Below are positions 38,015-48,358 of a stretch of DNA of 64,000 nt, piece by piece. The stretch is taken from contig CAVSTP010000004.1 in the NCBI GenBank assembly GCA_963730935.1, positions 1,696,001 through 1,760,000 on the forward strand, in the 5' to 3' direction. Numbering within the stretch: position 1 is the first letter of the stretch; every line of letters starts with the position of its first letter. A model generated the notes under the pieces. That model was not told the DNA's origin and searched no databases. It saw only the letters and a list, made by a program, of their open reading frames with translations. This stretch comes from an uncultured Nitrospiraceae bacterium. GTDB lineage: Bacteria; Nitrospirota; Nitrospiria; Nitrospirales; Nitrospiraceae. The translations under genes were made by a program, and so were the position numbers.

Positions 38015-39414
38015 TTCGAAGGTTCCCGGCGCTGACGGGATCGCCCTGAGGCCAGCAACGCCGCACGCGACACTTTTTTCATGACCGGCCGGTGGGGACG
38101 CCCATTGCGTCGCGCATCCTGAACCCCAACCTTCTCGAAGAGGGCGACATGGTCCTGATCGACTCCCGGCGCCCCCACAACGATTAACGCTTTCGCGCTT
38201 TGCCCCTGTGCAGCCGCGAGCGCGTTCGACATCAACGTCTGCTCGGTTCCTTTGACGAGTAATTGGACCACCCGGCGATGCCCTTTCCGCAGCTTGTTCG
38301 CGAGGTCAATCACCGCCCGTGCGGATCGACGCGGTCCGGCCACCACATAGTCAATCCGCCCCTCTTCCGCGTCGGCCTGAGGCAGTTCCACGGCTCTGAA
38401 GAGATGATCCACATCCAACGCAAAGCCGGTCGAGGGAAGATTCCGGCCAAAGCGGCCGATGAGATGGTCATACCGTCCACCGCCTCCCAGCTCGGCGCCG
38501 ACTCCGGACGCGAACACGTCGAACACGGCGCCGTCGTAGTAATCAAAGCCGCGGAATTCACCGAGATCGAGCAGTAAGGCGTCGCGATGGCCGGCGGCGC
38601 ACAAAAGGTGATAGAGCTGGGAAAGCCGATCGAGCGGCGCCAATAGGGCCGGATCGCCGGCAGCGAGCACGCGACCACGCTCCAAGACCTCTTCCTGCCC
38701 GGTGAGTTCCGGCGCTTCTCGAATGGCCTTGGCCGCCGACTTGGCGATCCGTTCGCCCGCCAGCAGTTCTTCAAGCCGCGGCAGGTCTTTCTTGGCCGCC
38801 GCCTGCTCGGCGCGCTTCTGTCCTTGCGGCGAAAGCCCGGAGCGCATCAGCAATCCCTTGATGAATCCGACGTGCCCGAGTGCAATCGTGAACGACCCCA
38901 GACCGATCGCCTGGAGACATTCAATGAGCAGACTGATGATTTCATAGTCGCCCGACACATCATCCACGCCCACCAGCTCGGCGCCGACTTGAAAGATTTC
39001 CCGTCCGCGTCCGGCGTGCTCCGGTTCATACCGGAACACCGACGTACGATAGGAGAGCCGTTGGGGAAGCGCGTCGCCGGTGAGGCCCATGCCGATCGTC
39101 CGCGCCACCTGGGCCGTGGCGTCCGGACGTAGCAACAGCGTCCGCCCCGTCGTTCGATCGATGAACTGATAGCAGGTTTCCAGCAGCTCTGCCTCGAGTC
39201 CGGGGGCCAGCACGTCGAGGTATTCAAATGTGGGGAGAATGATCTCGTCGTAGCCCCAGTTCGACACCTGCTCGAGTAACTGCGCCTCGAGACGGCGGAC
39301 CTGTTTGGCGGCACGCGGCAGAATCGTCGCCATGCCGACCGGGACGAGCGAGCGTTCACGCGACGAGAGCGCATGGGCCGGCGTAGGGCGCGGCTTCGGA
39401 GGAGCAGTCACCAT
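38011..39414 (-). CDS. hisZ: ATP phosphoribosyltransferase regulatory subunit
   Basis: HisRS-like: PTFEY, LRPDATAQVAR, REIFQVGAELVG, FDYYDG, GGGRYDHL; lacks the full HisRS signature. Confidence 0.9.
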   Translation of the reverse strand: MVTAPPKPRPTPAHALSSRERSLVPVGMATILPRAAKQVRRLEAQLLEQVSNWGYDEIILPTFEYLDVLAPGLEAELLETCYQFIDRTTGRTLLLRPDATAQVARTIGMGLTGDALPQRLSYRTSVFRYEPEHAGRGREIFQVGAELVGVDDVSGDYEIISLLIECLQAIGLGSFTIALGHVGFIKGLLMRSGLSPQGQKRAEQAAAKKDLPRLEELLAGERIAKSAAKAIREAPELTGQEEVLERGRVLAAGDPALLAPLDRLSQLYHLLCAAGHRDALLLDLGEFRGFDYYDGAVFDVFASGVGAELGGGGRYDHLIGRFGRNLPSTGFALDVDHLFRAVELPQADAEEGRIDYVVAGPRRSARAVIDLANKLRKGHRRVVQLLVKGTEQTLMSNALAAAQGQSAKALIVVGAPGVDQDHVALFEKVGVQDARRNGRPHRPVMKKVSRAALLASGRSRQRREPSK

Positions 39415-39447
39415 GGTGAACCGTTTGGAGCGTGCGATGTTTCGGCG

Positions 39448-39477
39448 TGGAACATTCAGGCTTGGAACATTCAGCCT
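39448..39477. repeat. Tandem 15-bp direct repeat (2 copies, 1 mismatch)
   Basis: TGGAACATTCAGGCT then TGGAACATTCAGCCT in the serA-hisZ spacer. Confidence 0.7.
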
Positions 39478-41060
39478 TAGGACAGAGCAGCGACCTTGAC
39501 CGACACAATGTCTTTACTAGACTTAATGGTGTTCAGCACCTCGCTCGGAAACGTCTGGTCGGAGCCGATGATCAACAAGGCGTTCCCACCGCGTTTCTCA
39601 AGTGCGCACTGCATGCGCACGATGTTGATGTTGTTATCCCCCAATACTTTCCCGACCATCCCGATCACGCCCGGTCGGTCGATATTGTGGATGAACAGCA
39701 TGTGACCTTCCGGCACCATTTCTACCTTGAACTGGTCGATTTCGACGACGCGTGGATCCTTCTTATGGTAGAGCGTGCCGGCGACCAGATGGGATCGCTT
39801 GCCTGCCTCTACCCGGACGCGGATCAGGCTCGTGAAGTCCCCGGCGTCCGTGCTCTTGACCTCTTTGACTTCAATGCCGCGCTCCTTGGCCACGATGGGC
39901 GCATTGACGTAGTTGACCGGCGCTTCCATGATCGGGGTCAGCAGACCCTTCAGCACGGCAATCGTCAGCGGCGCAATGGAAAGGTTGGTCACATCGCCGC
40001 TGTATTCGACCGTCACGCGCTCGAGCCCGCCTTCGCAGAGCTGCGTTTCCAGCTTGCCCAGCTGCTCCGCCAGCGTGAGATACGGCTGCAGTCTCGGCAG
40101 CAGCTCGGGAGAGACCGACGGGATGTTGACCGCGCCGCGCGCGATGCCCTTCGTGAAGTAGTCGACGATCTGCTCGGCGATGCCCACCGCCACGTTCTCC
40201 TGCGCTTCCGTCGTTTGCGCGCCGATGTGCGGCGTGCAAATAAAATTGTCGAGCGACAACAGCGGATTGTCGGCCTTGACCGGTTCTTCCTCGAAAACGT
40301 CGAAGGCGGCCGCGGCGACACGCTTGCTCTTGAGCGCTTCGTGCAGATCCCCTTCGTGAATGATGCCGCCGCGGGCGCAATTCACGATCATGACCCCCGG
40401 CTTCATCGTGCCGATCGACTGGGCGTTGATGAGATTTTTGGTTTCCGGCGTCAGCGGCGTGTGGACGGAAATGATGTCTGCCCGTCGGAACAGCTCGGGG
40501 AGTCCGACCATTTCCACGCCCATCTTTTCGGCCCGCTCGGCCGCCAAATACGGATCGTACGCAATGACGCGCATGCCGACGCCTTGGGCCAATTTGGTCA
40601 GATGACTGCCGATCTGCCCCACTCCGACAATCCCCAGCACTTTGTTGAAGAGCTCGACCCCCATGAACTTGTCTTTTTCCCACTTCCCGGCCTTGACGGA
40701 CGTGGTCGCCTGCGGAATCCGCCGGCTCATGGCGCAGATCATCGACATCGTGTGTTCAGCCGTCGTGACGGTATTGCCGCCCGGCGTATTCATGACGACG
40801 ATGCCCCGGCGCGTCGCGGCCGGCGTATCGACGTTATCCAGGCCCGAGCCGGCACGGCCGACGACCTTCAGCTTCTCCGCGGCGGCGATGAGCTCTGCCG
40901 TGACCTTCGTTCCCGACCGGACGATCAAGCCGTCGGCATCCTTGATTTCCTTGAACAGTTCGTCCTTGGGCATCTTCGATTTCACCACGACGGTGAAGCC
41001 GGCCTGTTCCAGAAGGTCAACGCCCTGTTTCGAGAGACTGTCGCTCACCAGAATCTTCAT
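39477..41060 (-). CDS. serA: D-3-phosphoglycerate dehydrogenase (long form with ACT domain)
   Basis: VRSGTKV, GRAGSGLDNVD, GVGQIG, NCARGG, TPHIGA; ACT domain DRPGVIG. Confidence 0.96.
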   Translation of the reverse strand: MKILVSDSLSKQGVDLLEQAGFTVVVKSKMPKDELFKEIKDADGLIVRSGTKVTAELIAAAEKLKVVGRAGSGLDNVDTPAATRRGIVVMNTPGGNTVTTAEHTMSMICAMSRRIPQATTSVKAGKWEKDKFMGVELFNKVLGIVGVGQIGSHLTKLAQGVGMRVIAYDPYLAAERAEKMGVEMVGLPELFRRADIISVHTPLTPETKNLINAQSIGTMKPGVMIVNCARGGIIHEGDLHEALKSKRVAAAAFDVFEEEPVKADNPLLSLDNFICTPHIGAQTTEAQENVAVGIAEQIVDYFTKGIARGAVNIPSVSPELLPRLQPYLTLAEQLGKLETQLCEGGLERVTVEYSGDVTNLSIAPLTIAVLKGLLTPIMEAPVNYVNAPIVAKERGIEVKEVKSTDAGDFTSLIRVRVEAGKRSHLVAGTLYHKKDPRVVEIDQFKVEMVPEGHMLFIHNIDRPGVIGMVGKVLGDNNINIVRMQCALEKRGGNALLIIGSDQTFPSEVLNTIKSSKDIVSVKVAALS

Positions 41061-41070
41061 ACGTACCTGC

Positions 41071-42213
41071 CTACTTAACCATCAAGAGTTCTTGTGCCTT
41101 CGCCACGCCGCTGCCGAGTTTGACCGGATGGCCCAACCCTTTCAGCACCATTTCAGTCGCAGCCATGGCCGTAATGACATCGAACCGATCGGCGTAGCCC
41201 ATATGGGACAATCGGAAAATCTTGCCTTTCAAGTGATCCTGTCCTCCGGCCGCCGTAATGCCGTACTGCACCCGTAGGTTCTTGTAGATGGCCTGTCCAT
41301 CGACGCCGTCCGGCGCCGACACGGCGGTCAAGGCATCGCTGGGCGACTCCTTGGGAAACAAAGCAAGGCCCGCGGCCTGCATACCTTCGCGCATCGCTCG
41401 GGCCAATTGCCCCTGGCGCACGAAAATCTTTTCGAGGCCCTCGGCCTTCAGCATCTTGATCACTTCCTGCAATCCGATAATCAGAGACACCGTCGGCGTG
41501 AAGGCCGTCTGATTCTTGACCTGGTTCTCGCGTTCCTTCTTAAAATTGAAATAGAAGGCCGCATTCTTGGCTTTGTCCGCGTGCCCCCACGCCTTCTCGC
41601 TGACGCTGACGAATGCCAGGCCGGGCGGGAGCATCAGAGCTTTTTGCGAGCCGGTGATCACAACGTCGAGGCCCCATGCGTCGGTCTTGATGTCGAACAC
41701 GCCGAGCGCCGTAATGGCATCGACGACCAGAATCGTTTGGTCATGGGCCTTGACCATCTCGCCCAACGCTTTCACGTCGTGCGACACGCCAGTCGAGGTC
41801 TCGCTCGCCTGGACATAGACGGCCTTGATGGCGGGATCTTTCTTCAGTGCGTCGGCCACCAGCTGGGGATTTACCGCGTGGCCCCATTCGACCTTGAGTT
41901 CGGTCACCTGCACGCCGAACGTCTTGCAAATCTTCCCCCAACGTTCTCCGAACTTTCCGCCGTTGATGCACAGGGCCCTATCGCCGGGTGACAGAAAATT
42001 CGACACCGACCCTTCCATGCCGCCGGTGCCGGAAGCCGCCAACATCAATACGTCGTTCCGGGTCTGGAACAACCACTTCAGACCCTCTCGTGCTTCGGCG
42101 AAAATGGGGTCGAACTCGGGAGCTCGATGATGGATCATGGGCCTGGCCATCGCGAGCAGGACTTCTGGCGGGACAGGCGTCGGACCGGGGGCTAGCAGGT
42201 ACCGCTTGAGCAT
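41071..42213 (-). CDS. Class V PLP aminotransferase (AGXT-like; probable phosphoserine aminotransferase)
   Basis: PGPTPVP, ETSTGV, VDAI, GSQKALMLPPG; directly upstream of serA. Confidence 0.9.
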   Translation of the reverse strand: MLKRYLLAPGPTPVPPEVLLAMARPMIHHRAPEFDPIFAEAREGLKWLFQTRNDVLMLAASGTGGMEGSVSNFLSPGDRALCINGGKFGERWGKICKTFGVQVTELKVEWGHAVNPQLVADALKKDPAIKAVYVQASETSTGVSHDVKALGEMVKAHDQTILVVDAITALGVFDIKTDAWGLDVVITGSQKALMLPPGLAFVSVSEKAWGHADKAKNAAFYFNFKKERENQVKNQTAFTPTVSLIIGLQEVIKMLKAEGLEKIFVRQGQLARAMREGMQAAGLALFPKESPSDALTAVSAPDGVDGQAIYKNLRVQYGITAAGGQDHLKGKIFRLSHMGYADRFDVITAMAATEMVLKGLGHPVKLGSGVAKAQELLMVK

Positions 42214-42262
42214 TGACGGATCCTCCTGGAATGGAAACGCACGAATGGGCTAGGAAGGGGCG

Positions 42263-42292
42263 ACGATACCACTGCCTTCCGAAGAGTGTCAA
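42263..42292 (-). promoter_or_regulatory. Sigma70 promoter of the aminotransferase-serA-hisZ-dnaB operon
   Basis: TTGACA-N18-TATCGT with an extended TG. Confidence 0.6.
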
Positions 42293-42415
42293 GGCAACGG
42301 CCGCTCAGTTTTACCGTGATTTTGCGGCGGCATGTGCGCACGAGGGATCGAGCGACGGTCTCATTCGCGCCTGCTGTCTGCTACCAAAGAAGGGCTTCAT
42401 CCCTCGTGCAATTTC

Positions 42416-42444
42416 TTGACAACTTTCCTAACCATAGATAGTCT
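42416..42444 (+). promoter_or_regulatory. Sigma70 promoter of the lytic transglycosylase gene
   Basis: TTGACA-N17-TAGTCT, ending 11 nt before ATG 42455. Confidence 0.55.
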
Positions 42445-42454
42445 AGCGGCACGG

Positions 42455-43810
42455 ATGATGCTTATGCTGTTCTCATTCCATGCCGCGGCGCTGACCTTCC
42501 TGCTCTGTCTCGGACCCGCCACAGGTCTTGCGATGGCAGTGGCTGAGACCGAGACGCCCAGCCAGGTGGCCGAAGCGCCAGTCATCAACCCCTGGGAGGA
42601 GCCGGTAGCGGATCCGGCCGATGAACCCGACGCCAATCTGGTACCTGTCGAGACCGAACTGCCTGCAGACTCCCAATCCGCATCCGATCCGCACCTCGAT
42701 AGCCGGGTGCCAAGAGCTGAAGACCTCCTCACGGTCACACCTCCGCAGCAATCGCCGACGTCGCGGTTTTCGGATGCGTTGGACGCCCCAGCCGAAGCAG
42801 CGCAAACGACACCTTCCGGCGACCTCACAGGAGTCAGCGAGCTCTACAATGTGCCGATCGTGATCGATTCTTCGGTGCAAAGTCATATCCGCTACTTCAA
42901 CACCTCGATTCGAAACCGGTTCGAGCAATGGCTCGTACGATTGAGCCGCTACCGGCCGCTGGTGGAGAATATTTTCACCGAATTCCACCTCCCAAGCGAT
43001 CTGGTCTATCTGTCGCTCGTCGAGAGCGGATTTAATCCCTACGCCTACTCACGGGCCAAGGCGACCGGTCCCTGGCAATTCATGAAAGGCACGGCCAAGG
43101 TGTACGGCTTGCGGGTGGATGCCTACGTCGACGAGCGGCGCGATCCCATCAAGTCCACGGTGGCCGCGGCTCGGTATCTCCGGGATCTCTACGACTTGTT
43201 CGGCGCATGGCCGTTGGCCATGGCGGCGTATAATGCCGGCGAAGGCAAGGTCATGAGGGCGCTCCAGAAAGCCCGGGCGGAAAGCTTCACCGACATTTCA
43301 AAGACGCGGTTGATCCGGCGCGAGACCAAGGAATATGTGCCGCGGTTCATGGCCGCGACGATCATTGCCAAGAATCCCGACCGCTATGGCTTTTCTCAAG
43401 AAGCCAGCGCGCCTCATCAGTTTGAGGAAGTGGTGGTGACCAGGCCCTTGCATTTTCATGCCATTGCGAATGCCACCGGAGTGCCCTACGCAGAACTCCG
43501 GCTGCTGAATCCGGAGCTCCGTCGCGACGCCACGCCGCCAGGCGACGATGCGTACCTCTTGAAGGTGCCTGTCGGTACGAAAGCCAAGGTGGAACAGCTC
43601 CTCGACCGCATCCCCACGTATAAATTCCCGCCGCTGGCCAAGTCGCAATTCGTGTCGGCCGGCTCCTCCCGGTGGTACAAGGTCCGCGGGGGAGATACGC
43701 TGGAAAAGGTCTCCCGTCGGTTTCGCATTCCGCTGAAGACCCTCAAGACGAGAAACAATCTGACGGGCCCGACCATCAGACCCGGCGATTTCCTCGTCAT
43801 CAGCCGGTAA
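42455..43810 (+). CDS. MltD-like lytic transglycosylase with LysM domain
   Basis: VESGFNP, ATGPWQF, AAYNAGEG, ETKEYVPRF, YKVRGGDTL. Start uncertain. Confidence 0.9.
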   Translation: MMLMLFSFHAAALTFLLCLGPATGLAMAVAETETPSQVAEAPVINPWEEPVADPADEPDANLVPVETELPADSQSASDPHLDSRVPRAEDLLTVTPPQQSPTSRFSDALDAPAEAAQTTPSGDLTGVSELYNVPIVIDSSVQSHIRYFNTSIRNRFEQWLVRLSRYRPLVENIFTEFHLPSDLVYLSLVESGFNPYAYSRAKATGPWQFMKGTAKVYGLRVDAYVDERRDPIKSTVAAARYLRDLYDLFGAWPLAMAAYNAGEGKVMRALQKARAESFTDISKTRLIRRETKEYVPRFMAATIIAKNPDRYGFSQEASAPHQFEEVVVTRPLHFHAIANATGVPYAELRLLNPELRRDATPPGDDAYLLKVPVGTKAKVEQLLDRIPTYKFPPLAKSQFVSAGSSRWYKVRGGDTLEKVSRRFRIPLKTLKTRNNLTGPTIRPGDFLVISR

Positions 43811-43874
43811 CGTTCAAGCCAACGCTATCGCTATAATGGTGACTCTGCAGCCCTGAGGCCGCGGGGGTGAAAGC

Positions 43875-44639
43875 TTACTTTTTCGGCTTTGTGGGGGCAG
43901 CGGGCGCTGGAGGCGGAGCCGAGGGCTCTTTCGATTTGACGTCGAGCACTTTGGTTCTAATCGTGGCTTCGCTGGTGAACGGCGAGCTGGGGTAGGTCTT
44001 GATCAGTTCCTGATAATGCGCTATGGCCCCTTCCGGGCGCGATTGCGACTCCTCGAGGCGCGCCAATTCAAACAACGCCTGATCCTTCAATAATGCGCCC
44101 GGAGTTCCCACGATCGCACTGAACGCCTTCACCGCCTGCTCACGGTCGCCTTTCAAGAGATAACTGTAGGCCAGGCGCTGTTGGACCAATGCTCCCAACG
44201 CTGGATTGCCTCCGTACAGCAACATGAAGCGCTGATAGGTATCGATCGCGGCCGGCAGGTCGTTCGCCTGGAACTGCGCGTTGCCGAGATGAAACAACGC
44301 CAAAGGTGCCGCTGCGGTGCGGGGATGCTGTTCCACGATTTCCCGATACTTGGCCATCGCCTGGTTCAAGAGACTCTCCGCGTTTTTGGGATCGGCGGTC
44401 GAATGGGCCATGAGCAGGCGCGAGGCTTCCCGATCGAGCTCTTGCGCCTTCTCGGACGCTTGGCGGTCCAGCCAAAACACTCCGCCGACGGCCGCACCCG
44501 CAAGCAGCAGCACGGCCAGGCCGACCAACAATGGACGGCGGTATTCCTCGAGCCGATGAAGTTGATGCTCCAATCCACTCAGCAAATGGGCTTCATCGAC
44601 CTGAAGGGTTTTGGTGGGAACTTTGATGCGGTAACTCAT
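43875..44639 (-). CDS. YfgM-like TPR membrane-anchored protein
   Basis: Single N-terminal TM followed by TPRs (YPSSPF). Confidence 0.72.
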   Translation of the reverse strand: MSYRIKVPTKTLQVDEAHLLSGLEHQLHRLEEYRRPLLVGLAVLLLAGAAVGGVFWLDRQASEKAQELDREASRLLMAHSTADPKNAESLLNQAMAKYREIVEQHPRTAAAPLALFHLGNAQFQANDLPAAIDTYQRFMLLYGGNPALGALVQQRLAYSYLLKGDREQAVKAFSAIVGTPGALLKDQALFELARLEESQSRPEGAIAHYQELIKTYPSSPFTSEATIRTKVLDVKSKEPSAPPPAPAAPTKPKK

Positions 44640-44786
44640 TGAGACCAGGTGATCGGGCGGCCCCCATTTCCTCGGACGACCCTCGCGCCTTATACTAAGA
44701 TCGTTGCGAGCTTGTCAATGCAAACATCCCACGGCCAGGAGCTCGCGCGTCGATGACCCCACAGCTCTCCGTCCTCTCCGCCGCCT

Positions 44787-45947
44787 ATGTTTGAAGACTA
44801 CCTTCAGCAGTTGGCCGCAAAACATTTGACGCGGCGGCTGCTGCCGCTCGAATCGGGCACGGGTCCGGTCGTCCGCATCGCGGGCCGCGAGGTGCTTCTG
44901 TTCGCCTCGAACGACTACCTAGGCCTGGCCGGCCATCCCGAGGTCGTGGCAGCTGCCGTTCGTGCCACAGAGACCTATGGAGCCGGATCGGGCGCGGCGC
45001 GGTTGGTGTCGGGATCGCTGCCGCCGCACCAGCAGCTTGAGCAGGCCCTTGCGCAGTTCAAAGGCGCCGAATCCGCCCTGACGTTTGGCTCGGGCTACCT
45101 CGCCAATGTCGGCGCCATTCCGGCGCTGATCGGCCGCGGCGGATTGATCCTCGCCGACCGCCTGTGCCACGCGAGCCTGATCGACGGCTGTCGCCTGAGC
45201 GGCGCCGACCTCCGCATCTACCGCCATAACGACATGGTGCACCTGGCGGCGTTGCTCGCCAAGCGACGAGCGGACCGCCGGACGTTGATCGTTACGGACG
45301 GAGTGTTCAGCATGGACGGCGATCTCGCTCCCCTGCCCGAGTTGGCAACCCTCGCAGAATCATACGAGGCGGATCTCTACGTGGATGACGCGCACGGCAC
45401 CGGCATCATGGGTGCGCACGGCCGTGGAACGGTCGAACACCACGGGGTGGAAACGCGCATTCCACTTCATATGGGAACGCTGGGAAAGGCGTTGGGCAGC
45501 AGCGGCGCCTTCATCGCCGGTCCCGACCGATCGATCCAATACCTCCTGCACCGTTGCCGGTCGTTCATGTTCGGCACGGCGCCGACGCCAGGTTCCGCGG
45601 CTGCCGCCGTCGCCGCGCTGCACATCGTCCAGCGCGAACCTGAGCGCCGTCGACGGCTCTGGGACAACCGTGAACGCCTGTTCATGGGTTTGCGTCGACT
45701 CGGCTTTACGCTGGCACCGACCGTGAGCCCGATCATGCCAATCCTGATCGGCCGCGCCGAGACGGCGCTCCGGTTTGCCGAACAGCTGCTCGCCGACGAT
45801 ATCTTCGCTCCCGCAGTCCGTCCCCCAACCGTTCCCGCCGAGACGAGCCGCATCCGCGTCACGGTGACGTCTGAACACTCCGCGGCGCACATCGATCAGG
45901 CTCTCGTCGCCTTCGAACGAGCCGGCCAGATGACCGGTGTGCTCTAA
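44787..45947 (+). CDS. bioF: 8-amino-7-oxononanoate synthase
   Basis: FASNDYLGLA, SGYLAN, HASLIDG, FSMDGD, DDAHG, GTLGKALG, RPPTVP. Confidence 0.93.
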   Translation: MFEDYLQQLAAKHLTRRLLPLESGTGPVVRIAGREVLLFASNDYLGLAGHPEVVAAAVRATETYGAGSGAARLVSGSLPPHQQLEQALAQFKGAESALTFGSGYLANVGAIPALIGRGGLILADRLCHASLIDGCRLSGADLRIYRHNDMVHLAALLAKRRADRRTLIVTDGVFSMDGDLAPLPELATLAESYEADLYVDDAHGTGIMGAHGRGTVEHHGVETRIPLHMGTLGKALGSSGAFIAGPDRSIQYLLHRCRSFMFGTAPTPGSAAAAVAALHIVQREPERRRRLWDNRERLFMGLRRLGFTLAPTVSPIMPILIGRAETALRFAEQLLADDIFAPAVRPPTVPAETSRIRVTVTSEHSAAHIDQALVAFERAGQMTGVL

Positions 45948-46060
45948 TCGTCCGCGTCTGAATACGGAGATTTGATTGCTTTCTCGGATCCTTGTGGCAT
46001 CATCACGTCGATATTAGCGCGCCCCCTGATCACGGGTCTTCCCACTAAGGAGCTGTCTTC

Positions 46061-47122
46061 ATGGATATTTCTAAGCTGTTGACGTTTTCGGCAAAGGAAG
46101 GCGCGTCGGATTGCCACATCAGCGCCGGCGAGCCGCCCATGATCCGCATCCATGGAGACCTCAAGAAACTGGACCACCCGCCATTGACCGCAGAAGAAAC
46201 CCATGCCCTCGTCTACGACATGATGAGCGACGCGCAACGAAAGAACTTCGAGGAGAAGCGCGAGTGTGACTTCTCATTCGAATTGGGTGATATCGCCCGA
46301 TTCCGTGTCAATGTCTTTGTCCAAAATCGGGGACTTGGCGCCGTGTTCCGGAATATCCCGACCGAGATCATTCCCATGGAGAAGCTTGGGCTCCCGCCGG
46401 TCGTCCGGCAGCTCTGCGACAAGGAAAAGGGCCTGATCCTGGTGACCGGTCCGACCGGCTCCGGCAAGTCCACGACGCTCGCCTCGATGGTGGATTACCT
46501 CAACAACACCTTCGAAGGCCACATCATCACCATCGAAGATCCGATCGAGTTCGTTCATAAAACAAAGAAATGTCTTGTGAACCAGCGCGAGCTTGGCGTT
46601 CACACGCTGTCCTTCGCCAATGCGCTGAAGTCCGCGCTCCGCGAGGATCCCGATATCATCCTCGTGGGCGAAATGCGCGACCTCGAAACGATTCAGCTCG
46701 CCCTGACGGCCGCAGAGACCGGCCACCTGGTCTTCGGCACCCTGCACACCTCCAGCGCGCCGAAAACCATCGACCGCATCATCGACGCGTTTCCGCCGGC
46801 CCAGCAGGCGCAAATCCGTACACAGCTGTCGGAGGCGTTGGAAGCGGTCATCACGCAAACGCTGCTTAAGAAGAAAGCCGGCGGCCGAGTCGCCGCACTG
46901 GAAGTCATGGTCGCCACCACCGCCGTCCGCAATTTGATCCGCGAAGGGAAGCTCCACCAGATTCCGGGCATCATGCAGGCCAGCCAGAAGGACGGCATGC
47001 AGACGATGGACATGGCCCTGGTCGAGTTGGCCACGAAAGGTATCGTGGCTAAGGGCGAGGCGCAGTCGCGCAGCATGACGCCGAACTTGTTCGGCGCCTC
47101 GGCGTTCAGCGGAGCGGCGTAA
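46061..47122 (+). CDS. pilT: Type IV pilus retraction ATPase
   Basis: GPTGSGKSTT, TIEDPIE, LREDPD, AETGHLVFGTLH, AVRNLIRE. Confidence 0.96.
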   Translation: MDISKLLTFSAKEGASDCHISAGEPPMIRIHGDLKKLDHPPLTAEETHALVYDMMSDAQRKNFEEKRECDFSFELGDIARFRVNVFVQNRGLGAVFRNIPTEIIPMEKLGLPPVVRQLCDKEKGLILVTGPTGSGKSTTLASMVDYLNNTFEGHIITIEDPIEFVHKTKKCLVNQRELGVHTLSFANALKSALREDPDIILVGEMRDLETIQLALTAAETGHLVFGTLHTSSAPKTIDRIIDAFPPAQQAQIRTQLSEALEAVITQTLLKKKAGGRVAALEVMVATTAVRNLIREGKLHQIPGIMQASQKDGMQTMDMALVELATKGIVAKGEAQSRSMTPNLFGASAFSGAA

Positions 47123-47151
47123 CCGAAGAAATCCGCGACACGGGAGCCAGG

Positions 47152-48327
47152 ATGGATATTCGCACACTGCTCAAAGTCATGGTCGACCAGGAAGCCTCGG
47201 ACATGTATTTGACGGTGGATTCGCCGCCGACCTACCGCATCCATGGGTCGACGCAGCCCGCGAACACGCCGCCGTTCACCAATGAGCAACTGGAAGCGCT
47301 GGCGCTGGCCCTCATGCGGGGCCAGCAGCGCGGCGAATTCGAAGAAAAGATGGAGATGAATCTCGCGCTGTACTACAAGGAGCTCGGACGGTTCCGTGTC
47401 AACATTTTCCGGCAGCGAGGCAACGTCGGTCTCGTCTTCCGGCACATCAAGGCGGAAATTCAAACGGTCGAGGACCTGCGGCTCCCTCCGATCGTCAAAG
47501 ACATCTCCATGACGAAGCGGGGACTCGTGTTGGTCGTCGGCGCCACCGGCTCAGGAAAATCCACGACGCTCGCCGCCATGATCGACCATCGCAATTCGAT
47601 CCATCAGGGACACATCGTCACGGTGGAGGATCCGATCGAATTCGTCCATAACCACAAAAAGTCGCTCATCACTCAACGGGAAGTCGGCTTCGACACGCTC
47701 TCGTTCCAAAACGCGTTGAAGAACACGCTGCGGCAGGCGCCTGACGTCATCCTCATCGGCGAAATCCGGGATACGGAAACCATGGAGGCGGCGATCACGT
47801 TCGCCGAAACCGGGCACCTCTGCATCGGCACCTTGCACTCCAACAACGCCAACCAGGCGATTGAGCGGATCATGAACTTCTTTCCCGTCGAACGGCACGC
47901 GCAAATCTATCTCCAACTCTCGCTCAACCTCCGCGCGATCATCTCACAACGGCTCGTGCCGTCCACGGACGGCAAGCGGGTGCCTGCCCTGGAAATCATG
48001 ATGGATACTCCGCGCATCAAAGATCTGATCAAGAAGGCCGAGGTCGACACGCTCAAGGAAGCCATGGAACAGGGCATCGACGAAGGCTGCCAGACCTTCG
48101 ATTACGTCCTCTTGCAGCTGTACAAGGAAAACAAAATTTCGCTGGAGCAGGCGCTCATCAATGCGGACAGCGCCAATAATCTACGCTTGAAAATCAAGCT
48201 CGAGGGCCTCAAAGGCGACGACGCAATCAATGCGCTCCTGGACAAAGGTCCCCACGCCACGGGCGAGTCGCCCTTCAAAATTCAAGGCGGCGCAGCGGGC
48301 AACGTCCGGCCAATCCGCAAAGCATAA
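47152..48327 (+). CDS. pilU: Type IV pilus retraction ATPase PilU
   Basis: GATGSGKST, LRQAPDVILIGEIRD, TLHSNNANQA, NADSANNLRL; tandem with pilT. Confidence 0.93.
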   Translation: MDIRTLLKVMVDQEASDMYLTVDSPPTYRIHGSTQPANTPPFTNEQLEALALALMRGQQRGEFEEKMEMNLALYYKELGRFRVNIFRQRGNVGLVFRHIKAEIQTVEDLRLPPIVKDISMTKRGLVLVVGATGSGKSTTLAAMIDHRNSIHQGHIVTVEDPIEFVHNHKKSLITQREVGFDTLSFQNALKNTLRQAPDVILIGEIRDTETMEAAITFAETGHLCIGTLHSNNANQAIERIMNFFPVERHAQIYLQLSLNLRAIISQRLVPSTDGKRVPALEIMMDTPRIKDLIKKAEVDTLKEAMEQGIDEGCQTFDYVLLQLYKENKISLEQALINADSANNLRLKIKLEGLKGDDAINALLDKGPHATGESPFKIQGGAAGNVRPIRKA

Positions 48328-48358
48328 TTCCTTCGCCGCCGCACGCTTGTCAGCGGCG

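Noticed and set aside
39438..39454. parS-like sequence TGTTTCGGCGTGGAACA
   Set aside because: One base longer than the 16-bp parS consensus with a broken centre; single copy and no parAB in the window.
39448..39477. 15-bp direct repeat as a possible CRISPR array or iteron
   Set aside because: Only two adjacent copies, no spacers and no cas genes.
39432..41078. 548-aa plus-strand ORF
   Set aside because: Antisense shadow of serA with no recognisable motifs; common in GC-rich genes.
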